Assembly: GCA_963796455.1 (NCBI GenBank)
Contig: CAWCLO010000001.1
Location: 288,001-352,000, forward strand
DNA length: 64,000 bases
Direction: 5' to 3'
Source: Candidatus Sulfomarinibacteraceae bacterium
Lineage (GTDB): Bacteria > Acidobacteriota > Thermoanaerobaculia > Thermoanaerobaculales > Sulfomarinibacteraceae
Every line of letters starts with the position of its first letter. Position 1 is the stretch's first letter. The notes beneath the pieces are model-generated. The model was not told the DNA's origin, made no database searches, and saw only the letters and a program-made list of their open reading frames with translations. This document shows positions 38,445 to 47,684 of this stretch, piece after piece. Position numbers and translations under genes: made by a program.

Positions 38445-39911
38445 ATGCGACAGCACGTCATTTCGCTCATGATCGCGGGGTTTCTCAGCGCCACCGCCTT
38501 CGCACAATCGCCTTTCAGCGACCACTTCGAAGACGCCGGTCTTCGGGTCGACTACCATCACACCGGCAACGCCGAGGAAGAGATCATCGCTGTCGACCGG
38601 CTCTATCGCCAGGGCGTCTGGGCAGGTTCCCGAACCCGTCTGATCGACTATTCGAAATATGGCGGTTATCAGGTGGTGGTCCGAGACACCGCATCCGGGG
38701 ATCTGCTCTATTCACGGGGATTTGACAGCTACTTCGGTGAATACCGAACGACAGGCCCGGCCACCGAAGGGGTGATGAAGACATACCACGAGACGGTCCT
38801 CGTGCCCTTTCCCAAAAAGCCGGTGATCATCGACTTCACGGCCACCCGTCGCGATGGCACGACGGTGGCCATCAAGAGTCTGAAAATCGATCCGAGTTCG
38901 ATCGAGATCACGACCGAACCGCCCGCCGGAGGCACCGTCATTGTCGAAGCCCACATCGGTGGCGAACCGCACCACACCCTCGATATCGCAATCATCGGCG
39001 AGGGCTACACGGTCGCTGAAAAAGATCTCTTTCGCTCCGATGTGGCTCACGCGGCCGAAGTTTTGCTCGGCCACGAGCCTTACGCTGCCCAGCGCGCCAA
39101 CATCAGTGTGCGCGGAGTCATGCTTCCGTCGCGCGAAAGCGGATGCGATGAACCGACCCGGGGGATCTACCGGGACACCCCTCTCGGCGTCTCATTCAAT
39201 TCCTTTGGCTCGGAGCGCTACATGCTCACGGAGGACAACCGTAGCCTTCGCGACATCGCAGCCAACGTGCCCTACGACGCCCTGGTGATCATGGTCAACC
39301 ACGACCGATATGGAGGCGGGGGGATCTACAATCTCTTCAGTACATTTACCGCCCACTCCGAATGGGCCGACTACCTCCTCCTGCACGAATTTGGACATTC
39401 CTTCGCAGGGCTGGCGGACGAGTACTACAGCTCGTCGGTGGCCTACAACGATTTTTACCCGCCCGGCCGCGAACCGGTGGAGCCGAATATCACGGCGCTG
39501 CTCGATCCCCTGGACTTTCCGTGGCCGGAATTCGTGAAACGCGAGGTTCCCATACCGACTCCATGGGAAAAGGAGGAGTACGACCGTCGGGACGCCGCGT
39601 ACCAGATCAAGCGCACCGAACTCAACGATGCGATTGCCGAAGCAACCCGCAACGGGGCTTCAAAAAAGCTGATCGACGAACTGACTGAAAAGGAAAAGCG
39701 GCACGCCGCCGATCATGCCGCGTGGGCACAGAAATACCTCGCCGAGAGCAAGTGGGCGGGTCTGGTCGGGGCCTTCGAAGGGGCGGGCTATTCGTCAACC
39801 GGTTTGTATCGCCCGGCCCTGGACTGTCTGATGTTTTCGCGCCGGGTCCAGCCCTTCTGCCCGGTCTGCGAGCGAGCGGTCGATCAGGCCATCGAACAGT
39901 TCACCAAATAG
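38445..39911 (+). CDS. Peptidase M64 (IgA peptidase family)
   Basis: GGAGG RBS, signal peptide; GEGYT, YGGGG, HEFGHSFAGLADEY, GAFEGAGY, CLM...FCPVC. Confidence 0.9.
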   Translation: MRQHVISLMIAGFLSATAFAQSPFSDHFEDAGLRVDYHHTGNAEEEIIAVDRLYRQGVWAGSRTRLIDYSKYGGYQVVVRDTASGDLLYSRGFDSYFGEYRTTGPATEGVMKTYHETVLVPFPKKPVIIDFTATRRDGTTVAIKSLKIDPSSIEITTEPPAGGTVIVEAHIGGEPHHTLDIAIIGEGYTVAEKDLFRSDVAHAAEVLLGHEPYAAQRANISVRGVMLPSRESGCDEPTRGIYRDTPLGVSFNSFGSERYMLTEDNRSLRDIAANVPYDALVIMVNHDRYGGGGIYNLFSTFTAHSEWADYLLLHEFGHSFAGLADEYYSSSVAYNDFYPPGREPVEPNITALLDPLDFPWPEFVKREVPIPTPWEKEEYDRRDAAYQIKRTELNDAIAEATRNGASKKLIDELTEKEKRHAADHAAWAQKYLAESKWAGLVGAFEGAGYSSTGLYRPALDCLMFSRRVQPFCPVCERAVDQAIEQFTK

Positions 39912-40069
39912 CAGAGTCGTCTGCTGGGGTCGGGTCCCGGCGGGACGGGGGCCACGTGACACCGGGCCGCCTTCGGTTTGCCATGATTGGTCGGTGCTTT
40001 CGCCACCTCTCCTTCTTACGATAGATGGAGGTGAGGACGGCGAAAATGAAAAAATTGTATATTCAGAGG

Positions 40070-41149
40070 ATGAACTCCACGACCGAAGTAAGACCGTTCG
40101 AAACCGTCCTGCTGTTGACGCCACGGAGGCGTTTCGAAACGATCGACGTCCGCGCGAGGATTGCCGAATTGTTCGGAGATGTATTGCAGGGGTTTCAACG
40201 CATTCTCTATTGCTCCCATCACACGACTGCCGGCTATCTCGATCAACGGATCGCCCACCGCTTGCACTATCGAAGCGATAGAGTCGACCCCTACATCGAT
40301 TTTTTCCGAGGGCTCTTCCCGCGTGGGGCGGGCTACCGCCACGACGAAATGGATCAACGTTCAGAATTGACTGAAGACGAACGCATGGACGAACCGCCGA
40401 ACGGTGACGCCCACCTTACCTACATCGGTTCCGGGCTTTCGAGTTGTGTCACCTACGACGCGACGGTGCCCTCGCCGGTATTTTTCATGGAACTCGATGG
40501 TGTCTACCGCGGAATCCCCCGGCAGAGAAGGACGTCGGTCATCGCCTACAACCGGGAAACCGTGGTCAGCGAAGAAATGGTCGAGATCCCGGTTTCTCAG
40601 CACGCCATCGACTCGGTCAATCTCGGAGACGAGCGTTTCGGTCTGCAGCAGCGGATCGAGGAGTTGCTGCGATCACACTCGATCGAGAACGGTCGCCTCG
40701 ATGTGGCGCTCGATCCGAATGAAAGCGCTGCCGGTGTGACCGTCAACGAGTTCGAGACCCTTCTCATGCGTCACGATCTGGCTGAAGTCCTCCAGAATCC
40801 TCTGCGCTTCGCAGCCCGTCAGGGTCGAAGGGCTCTGGCCGATCCACGATCGGTTCCGGCCAAGAGTCTCGGTTACGCACGCTACGACGTCGTACGGATC
40901 ATCAATAGATTGCTCGATGCGACCGGCACATCCGATTCGATCTTCGAGGCGATGTTGACCAGGGTTCTGGCGATCACCGCCTCGAGGCGGCTGCGATTCA
41001 AACGTTCGCTGAGCATGCCGGTCTCTGCCGGTGAAAACGGGAGGGCGCAGATCGTGATTGGCCGATATCAGACGCCGATTCTCATCCAATGGGCGGCACC
41101 TTCGCGTCGATCCCGCCGCCTCCGGCTGCGGCTGAGTCGTTTCGAATGA
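40070..41149 (+). CDS. Protein with two YjbQ/UPF0047-like domains
   Basis: SHHTTAG, YRHD...EPPNGDAHL, ELDG..RQR; second repeat ESAAGVTVNE...IVIGRYQ. Start uncertain (40025/40046/40070). Confidence 0.6.
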   Translation: MNSTTEVRPFETVLLLTPRRRFETIDVRARIAELFGDVLQGFQRILYCSHHTTAGYLDQRIAHRLHYRSDRVDPYIDFFRGLFPRGAGYRHDEMDQRSELTEDERMDEPPNGDAHLTYIGSGLSSCVTYDATVPSPVFFMELDGVYRGIPRQRRTSVIAYNRETVVSEEMVEIPVSQHAIDSVNLGDERFGLQQRIEELLRSHSIENGRLDVALDPNESAAGVTVNEFETLLMRHDLAEVLQNPLRFAARQGRRALADPRSVPAKSLGYARYDVVRIINRLLDATGTSDSIFEAMLTRVLAITASRRLRFKRSLSMPVSAGENGRAQIVIGRYQTPILIQWAAPSRRSRRLRLRLSRFE

Positions 41150-41940
41150 CCGGCCGGAATCAACCCCCGCCGGTCCATGTGATCGGAATGGGCGAAGTCG
41201 GACGCCGCATCGACGCCGCCCTGCGTCGCGCCGGTGTCGAGACCCATTCCGTCACGCGAAGCAATGGTTGGTCGCACGCCCTCTCCGACACTGACAGCCT
41301 CCGAATCGTGTGCGTCCGCGAGGAGGCCCTTGGCGAGGTCCTCGGGCACCTTGGCGGAACTCCTCCCGATCGAATCGTTCTGGTCCAGAACGGTTGGATT
41401 CGACCACTGCTGCACCGGGCAAAAGACCTCACACGAGGGCTCATATGGTTCACGGCCAAAGGGGACTTTTTCACAGTTTTGCGATCGAGCGCCTTTTCCG
41501 GCCCGCGTGCCGAAGAAGTGTCCCGTATCCTGACTGACGGCGGGCTGCCGTCACGTGCAGTCGATCAATCGACTTTCGACCGTCTCGATGTCGACAAGAT
41601 GGGATTCAACTGCGTAGTCGGACTCCCTCTGGCGGTATACGGCCTCAGTCTTTGGGAGTACCTCGACAGTCATCGCGAGGAGGCGGAGGCGCTCTTCCGC
41701 GAATCAACGACAATCTGCGCCAAGGCTATCGGATCAGCGCTCGAAGGCGACCTCTGGGACCGGTTTCTCCTTTCGGCAGAACCGCTTGGATGGGTTCGGA
41801 TTGTGAGCGCCAAGGCGCTCGATTTTCGCAACCGCGCGGTGGTTGAGCTCGCCCGCCGACTCGGGGTGGAGGCGCCGGTCAACGCACGATTGCTGACGGA
41901 GAACGACCGTGGCTGTGTTACAAAACAAGTCCTGGATTGA
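41146..41940 (+). CDS. Rossmann-fold protein, ketopantoate reductase-like
   Basis: VIGMGEVG, LVQNGW, KMGFN; ATGA overlap with the upstream gene. Confidence 0.6.
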   Translation: MTGRNQPPPVHVIGMGEVGRRIDAALRRAGVETHSVTRSNGWSHALSDTDSLRIVCVREEALGEVLGHLGGTPPDRIVLVQNGWIRPLLHRAKDLTRGLIWFTAKGDFFTVLRSSAFSGPRAEEVSRILTDGGLPSRAVDQSTFDRLDVDKMGFNCVVGLPLAVYGLSLWEYLDSHREEAEALFRESTTICAKAIGSALEGDLWDRFLLSAEPLGWVRIVSAKALDFRNRAVVELARRLGVEAPVNARLLTENDRGCVTKQVLD

Positions 41941-42279
41941 ATGATGGACAAAGAAACGATTTACCGAATCAGCTTTTTCAACCAGGGCGAGGTCTACGAG
42001 GTCTACGCTCGAAATGTCGCTCAGGGTGGCCTATTCGGTTTTATCGAGATCGAAGACCTGGTATTCGGCGAACGTTCCAAACTCCTGATCGATTCCTCGG
42101 AAGAACGTCTCAAGACAGAGTTCGATGGTGTTCGGAGAATTCACGTACCACTCAACGCCGTGATACGGATCGACGAGGTGGAAAAACTGGGCCGCGGTCG
42201 CATCACCTCGGGAGAGGGCAAGGTCACCAACTTTCCGATGGCGATCATGCCTCCAGGGGGTAAAAAAGGCGGGTCCTGA
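41941..42279 (+). CDS. DUF1820-family protein
   Basis: IYRISFFNQGEVYEVYAR, LFGFIEI, EERLKTEF, IRIDEVEK. Confidence 0.85.
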   Translation: MMDKETIYRISFFNQGEVYEVYARNVAQGGLFGFIEIEDLVFGERSKLLIDSSEERLKTEFDGVRRIHVPLNAVIRIDEVEKLGRGRITSGEGKVTNFPMAIMPPGGKKGGS

Positions 42280-42320
42280 AACCCGTAGTCCCTCGCTTCG
42301 TACATTCAGGCGGAGACCAG

Positions 42321-43016
42321 ATGGCCATTGAATTCAAGAAAATGCTGTCGCGTTGGTGGACCGAGTGGATTCGCTCCGTCCTGCTGATCGTGCTTGTTAT
42401 TACCTCCTTTCGATCTGCCATCGCGGACTGGAACGACGTGCCATCCGGGTCCATGAAACCGACCATCTTCGAGGGCGACAGAATTGTCGTGAACAAAGTC
42501 GCCTACGACCTCAAGATTCCGTTTACCACGCACCAGATATTTGCCTGGGAAAACCCGGCGCGAGGCGACATCGTGGTGCTCTACTCACCCGCGGATGGCA
42601 AGCGTCTGGTCAAACGGGTCGTCGGTCTGCCCGGCGATGAGGTGGCGATGATTGACGATCGTTTGGTCGTCAACGGTGATTTCGTGTCCTACGCACCGCT
42701 GCCGCCGGGCATGGTCAACGGACAAACTCCGGACGGTCAGGGCAAGGTCCTCGCCATGGAGACCCTCGGCGAAAAAGATCACGCCGTGATGGTTCCCCAC
42801 GGCGCCCATTCGTCTCCGATCTTCGCCCCGGTCACGGTCCCCGACGATAGTTATTTCGTCATGGGTGACAATCGCCACGAGAGTTTCGATTCCCGTTACT
42901 TCGGCTCGGTGGCACGCAAGAAGATCGTCGGCCAGGCAACGATGGTTGCAGCCTCGGTGGATCCCAAACGCAACTATCTGCCGCGGTGGGAGCGCTTCCT
43001 CCACAAACTGCAGTAG
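42321..43016 (+). CDS. lepB: Signal peptidase I
   Basis: VPSGSMKPT, RGDIVV, LVKRVVGLPGD, MGDNRHESFDSRYFG. Confidence 0.95.
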   Translation: MAIEFKKMLSRWWTEWIRSVLLIVLVITSFRSAIADWNDVPSGSMKPTIFEGDRIVVNKVAYDLKIPFTTHQIFAWENPARGDIVVLYSPADGKRLVKRVVGLPGDEVAMIDDRLVVNGDFVSYAPLPPGMVNGQTPDGQGKVLAMETLGEKDHAVMVPHGAHSSPIFAPVTVPDDSYFVMGDNRHESFDSRYFGSVARKKIVGQATMVAASVDPKRNYLPRWERFLHKLQ

Positions 43017-43050
43017 CGGAGCACTCGATACTGGATGCTGGATCCTGGAT

Positions 43051-43908
43051 CACTGCTGTCCAAAAGAGATTGTCATGAAGTTACCCACCTGACAACACGC
43101 GGTGAACGGGTTGGTTTTTGGCATATCCGGTTGGCGGTTGGCACGTACCCGATCCCGATCCCGTATAGCAGCGGCAGCGACAGGGGCCAGCGTCAGCGAC
43201 AGGCAACAGCGAACAGGGACGGCGAAAGACAGCGATCAGCGATCAGCGATCAGCGATCAGCGATCAGAGTTCAGCGGCAGCAATCAGGTTCAGCGACGGC
43301 GTGCCCACCTCCGGGTCGTTCAACAAAAGGGGTAGCCGGTGGGCGGCCGATGTCAAGGACAGGCAGGGTGCAGGGCATCCTTGACATCGGCCGCCACACC
43401 GGCTTTGTGGGAATGGGCAAGAACGACCCGGAGGTGACCATGTCCTCAGCCGCTACGAACACCAACCTCGTTGCCCACTCGAAAGCCCTCGAAGCAGCAG
43501 GAATCGCGATCAAGCTGGTGATGAGGGTTCCAGCTCCGTTGAAATCGATAGCCGATCAGGTGATCCGGTCGGCAAGTTCAGTCCCTGCGAATCTGGCAGA
43601 AGGCCACGGCCGATTCGGTAGAGACCGGTTGAACCATTGGAGAATCGCCTACGCCTCAGCCAAAGAGGTCGACAGCCACTTGCAGCTCCTCGCTCATGCC
43701 GGGGCGATCAGCTCGAACGGAGCGAGTGAAGCGATGAACGCCTTCGATCATGTCCGTGCGATGACCTGGCGGCTCTTGAACCCGAAGATGTGAGTGCAGT
43801 CGCTGCCCCGGCCGCTGATCGCTGTTCCCTGCCGCTGCTCACTGTCGCTGGCGCTGGAAGCTGTCGCTGCCGCTGCAATGTGGGCACGGACTCGGGATCG
43901 GGATCGGA
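43051..43908 (+). mobile_element. Putative element (copy D): conserved left end, inverted SSR-derived arms, long hairpin leader and four-helix-bundle gene
   Basis: Left arm ~43147-43265 and right arm ~43810-43908 are imperfect inverted repeats. Homologous to gene-less copies A-C. Mobility is inferred only. Confidence 0.6.
43440..43793 (+). CDS. Four-helix-bundle protein (23S rRNA IVS protein / TIGR02436-like)
   Basis: GGAGGTG RBS; IADQVIRSASSVPANLAEGHGR, IAYASAKEV. Confidence 0.9.
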   Translation: MSSAATNTNLVAHSKALEAAGIAIKLVMRVPAPLKSIADQVIRSASSVPANLAEGHGRFGRDRLNHWRIAYASAKEVDSHLQLLAHAGAISSNGASEAMNAFDHVRAMTWRLLNPKM

Positions 43909-43927
43909 CGCGGGCGGGAGTACCAGA

Positions 43928-46213
43928 CTATCGGGTTGCAGCGTAGCGGGCGAGATTCTGCCAGAAAGTGAAATTGGTCGGCTGGCCGCCCGGGCTGACG
44001 AGGATTCCCAGATCACCGAGGCCAACCACCTCGCCGCCGGCATCACCATGCTCGAGGTGAATTGCCATCAAAGCCTCACCGACCCGAGCAAGCGCCGAAT
44101 AGGTCTGATCCACCGCGATCGAGCTGCCATTGCCTTCGATCAACCGGAGTGCCTCGACACCTTCCATCAACGGGTGGCCGGTAACGGCGGTCGCCATTGA
44201 TGCAACGAGGTCGCCCCCGAATCGAATGCCAAAGACTTCCGAGACCGCGTTGATGTCGTCTTGATCTTCGTTGTCTTCCCGGACACGACCAAAAGGGCCG
44301 AGACGGGCGGCGGCATTGGTCAAGACGAGCAACCCGCCGTCCCCTACGTAATCGGCCAACACCTCCACCTCGTCGCCGGTCCACGACTCGTCGTAGAGAT
44401 CTAGATCGGAGTACAGGTTGGGGAAATCGTGAACGGGAAGCACGACCACAATCTCCGCACCTACGAGGTGTTCCGCCGTCAGGGCCTCGCCGTAGGGCAC
44501 CAGATCGACATCGAGCCCCTCCCAGGCAAGGATGGTCCCGAGATCGGTGAACAGATAAGGGGCCATGTGCGGGCTTTCGGTGTGGCTGCCGACAAAGACC
44601 GCCCGACCTGAAGGTGCGGGCGTCACCCGCAGATCCGGAAGGACACTTCCGGTATCGAGGGCTGCCGACAACATCACCGCGGTCAGACGTTCGAATTGTT
44701 CCGATTCGGCTCGCGCATGTGCAACGGTGTCGTATGGTGTGTGCCAATGAGCGGTGTAGTGGGCTGACCCGATTTCGTCGATGGCTGGAAAATCGAGATT
44801 GTCGATGAGGGCGTTCGGCACGTCATAGGGAATGAAACCCGAGATATCAGATAGCAGCCAATGGAAATCCCAGGTCAGGGAATCGTCCCCACGCTCGGCC
44901 GCCTCGTCGTGGAGAAAATCCGGGAAAGGAAGGGACGGGTCACCAAGCCTGTCGTAGGACCACGATTCGATATTGACGGGGTTGTCGAGGCCGTTGAGGG
45001 ATCGCGCCAGACCGTCCATTTCGATCATTCCCAGGGCCCGGTCGAGCAATTCCTGGTGGGTCGATGCAAAAAAAGGTGACCCGAAAAGCCCCCTCTCTTC
45101 GCACCCGAACCACACGAGATAAACATCCACCGGTGGAATCGTGTGACTGCGGTTGAGCACCCGCGCAACCTCCAGCAAGGACGCGGTGCCCGATCCGTCG
45201 TCGAGGGCGCCGGGGCAATTCGGCGAATCGTGATGGGCGGACAAGATGGTCGCGTAGTCGGAGTTCCGCCCGGGAATTCTCGCCACGATGTTGCCGGATT
45301 GACCGGGGGACACGATGTCGGTGTCCCATGTCATCCGGGCGCTCGCTATGGTTTCGAGATCCGCCATTGAAGCCAAACCCCAAACACCCATGTCTTCGAT
45401 CTGCGCGATCAGGACCGGAATCGGCGGGTCCGCCTGATAATTACTCAGAATGCTGGAATCGCCGGCAAACGAACCGTGACTCTCGCCGACCACGAGCGAA
45501 TCACTCGTGACCGCCACCAGACCGAGAGGTCTCGCGGCAAAGACCAACTGAGCGCGATTGCTGGCCTCCGTCGATCCTGCGACCATCCGGTCGATGAGGG
45601 CGTAGTCGAGCACCGCGATGCGCCCTTCGAGATCTCCCTCCGCGAGCAGTTGGAGCTCAGTCAGTTCGGTGATCACTTCCACCGGGCCGGCGGCGGACAC
45701 CGGGTTCGGGCTGCTGTCGTTGAGCGATCCATCCGAATCGTAGAGCCGCGTTCGGCTGAGATCGTAAGGATGTCCGGCGATCGCGTCGGCGGGCACCTCC
45801 CGAAAGATTGCTTCGACTTCGATTTCGAGGAGACTGCGGTGAAAAACAACGCCTGCGATGGTTCGATAGGACTCTCGTTCGACCTCGAGACCATGGTCGA
45901 CCAGGAAGGCAAAGCTCTGGAGTCGCTGCTCGAGATAGTTCAGCGTTTGTTCGTCACCGGCGCTGCCACATGTCCTCCAACCCGAATGGGCCTCAATGGA
46001 AGTCAGATCCTCGAGGTATCTAAGAAGACTGGTACTGGAGACAATTTCGAAGGGGTCAACGGCGGGGATTAGGCGATCGCCGGCCGGCCGGGGCTTCACA
46101 GCAGGCGTCATGGTCCCGAAGGCCCGTTCCTGGCTCGATCCCGGGACCGAAATCAGGCCGGTGAGCAGCAGAAGGACTCCGATTCGCAGCTTTCGAATCA
46201 TCCTTTCCCCCAT
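43928..46213 (-). CDS. M28-family aminopeptidase with PA domain (exported)
   Basis: SAHHDS, GALDDGSG, GCEERGLFGS, EMDG, WHTPYD. Confidence 0.88.
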   Translation of the reverse strand: MGERMIRKLRIGVLLLLTGLISVPGSSQERAFGTMTPAVKPRPAGDRLIPAVDPFEIVSSTSLLRYLEDLTSIEAHSGWRTCGSAGDEQTLNYLEQRLQSFAFLVDHGLEVERESYRTIAGVVFHRSLLEIEVEAIFREVPADAIAGHPYDLSRTRLYDSDGSLNDSSPNPVSAAGPVEVITELTELQLLAEGDLEGRIAVLDYALIDRMVAGSTEASNRAQLVFAARPLGLVAVTSDSLVVGESHGSFAGDSSILSNYQADPPIPVLIAQIEDMGVWGLASMADLETIASARMTWDTDIVSPGQSGNIVARIPGRNSDYATILSAHHDSPNCPGALDDGSGTASLLEVARVLNRSHTIPPVDVYLVWFGCEERGLFGSPFFASTHQELLDRALGMIEMDGLARSLNGLDNPVNIESWSYDRLGDPSLPFPDFLHDEAAERGDDSLTWDFHWLLSDISGFIPYDVPNALIDNLDFPAIDEIGSAHYTAHWHTPYDTVAHARAESEQFERLTAVMLSAALDTGSVLPDLRVTPAPSGRAVFVGSHTESPHMAPYLFTDLGTILAWEGLDVDLVPYGEALTAEHLVGAEIVVVLPVHDFPNLYSDLDLYDESWTGDEVEVLADYVGDGGLLVLTNAAARLGPFGRVREDNEDQDDINAVSEVFGIRFGGDLVASMATAVTGHPLMEGVEALRLIEGNGSSIAVDQTYSALARVGEALMAIHLEHGDAGGEVVGLGDLGILVSPGGQPTNFTFWQNLARYAATR

Positions 46214-46402
46214 TACGATCCTCCCGGCAGACGGTTTTTGCGGTTGCTCTTCAAGAGATCATACGCAGCAGCGGCGGTGGGGTTGTGAACCTCACCTGAA
46301 TTCATGGAGACCGGGCGAGCCCGCGGTGACCCGGAAATGCCTCGCCACGAAAAACCAATGCTCCTATCGAATCGCACCGATTGTGCAGCCACCGAGTTGA
46401 GA

Positions 46403-47119
46403 GCCCACAGAAACCCAGAGAAGCTCAGAAGCTATCACAAAGCAGCGCATGTTGCCCGCAGATCACGCAGGTAGACGCAGCTGACAGCCTGATTGCGAAG
46501 GCATCGGCCATCTCTGCAATCGAACGCCTTCAGCGTCGGGGTTTTTCAACGCAAAGGCGCAAAGACGCGAAGGCGCAATGGCCGCCGATCTACTGGATCG
46601 ATATTGCCAAAAGGATAATGAACGCAGAGGCGCAGAGTCGCGGAGACGCAGAGGACTTCCCGGCAAGGCAGATCCGGCATGCCGTTGGCGTGCCGGCCGG
46701 TGGGGAGCGGGGTGACTCCGAGCGCTGGCGATTGGAGGCGCCCCGCTTCTCACCGGCGACTGGCGATCGGAGATCGTCTGTCGATCTGCCGACACTGATG
46801 GCACCCCGTACAATTTCGGCGACCGAGCCTTGGCGTCTTTGCGTTCTTTGCGTTCTTCGCGGTTCATCCATGTGCACGCGAGACGCGTGCACCACCATGG
46901 TGGTGCAGCCGTCCCGGCTGCACTCCGGTCGTCCCTTTGCGATGGCTTCTGTGTTTTTCTGTGTGTTCTGTGGGCCTTTGCGCCAGCCCTCTGTGTTCCC
47001 TCTCTGTGTCTCCGTGCCGCTGTGGTTTTCTTGGTGTGACTCCTTCGTGCCTTTGTGTCTTCGTGTTTGCGACGAGAGCGAGCGCGATGGATCTGCGTCC
47101 ATCTGCGTGATCTGCGGGC
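46403..47119. repeat. Cluster of ~9-mer-period inverted arms plus a REP doublet
   Basis: Pairs 46403-32/46945-75, 46454-80/47091-119, 46548-73/46828-54, 46621-54/46988-47027; REP doublet at 46872-46923. Confidence 0.8.
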
Positions 47120-47222
47120 GGAATTAAAGAGGCCAACCGTTGCTGTCCAACGTTTCCGGCATCACCGAAGAGGCATGTGACTTGCCCAGACACCGATCAT
47201 CGCGATCAAAGAGTGAAGCTCC

Positions 47223-47651
47223 CTAGAAGGTGAGAACGTGCCATCCATCCTTTTGAATATCTGCCAGCAATTTGCCGGCATATTTGACATCGATTCCGAG
47301 CCCGGCAAGGGTGTCCGAAACTCCGTAGAGATCTGCGCAGGCTTTACATGCCACAAGCTCCACGCCTGCCGCCTCGAGCTCCTTGAGTCCCGCCTGAAGC
47401 TCCTGATCGACCGAAAGCAATTTGGCCGACGGGCCCCACACCAGCAACATCACGTGGTCCATCCATTCACGTTTTGCAGCATTGGCGGCGTACATGTAGA
47501 CAAGCTTCAAGGCCACCTCGCGGTCGCCGCTCGTCCAGACGATGCATTGTTTGTTGACGGCGGTCTCAGGGTCGGGTGCCGCATCCTCCGCCGAAGCCGC
47601 GGTCGGTACAACCAGTAGAACGATCAATGACAGCAGTACGAGTCGTTTCAT
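47223..47651 (-). CDS. DsrE-family protein with signal peptide
   Basis: GGAGG RBS; MKRLVLL...ASA; IVWTSGD, VWGPS, ACKACAD. Confidence 0.8.
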   Translation of the reverse strand: MKRLVLLSLIVLLVVPTAASAEDAAPDPETAVNKQCIVWTSGDREVALKLVYMYAANAAKREWMDHVMLLVWGPSAKLLSVDQELQAGLKELEAAGVELVACKACADLYGVSDTLAGLGIDVKYAGKLLADIQKDGWHVLTF

Positions 47652-47684
47652 CGAGACCTCCTGCCGGCATGGTACCGGGGCCGG

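Noticed and set aside
43118..43140. Sigma54 promoter in the element's left end (TTGGCAT)
   Set aside because: No GC at the required -12 spacing in any copy.
43440..43793. Diversity-generating retroelement (Avd-like gene)
   Set aside because: No reverse transcriptase and no TR/VR pair with A-specific mismatches seen in the window.
46381..47193. ORFs across the inverted-arm cluster
   Set aside because: Low-complexity translations of repeats; no RBS or domain motifs.
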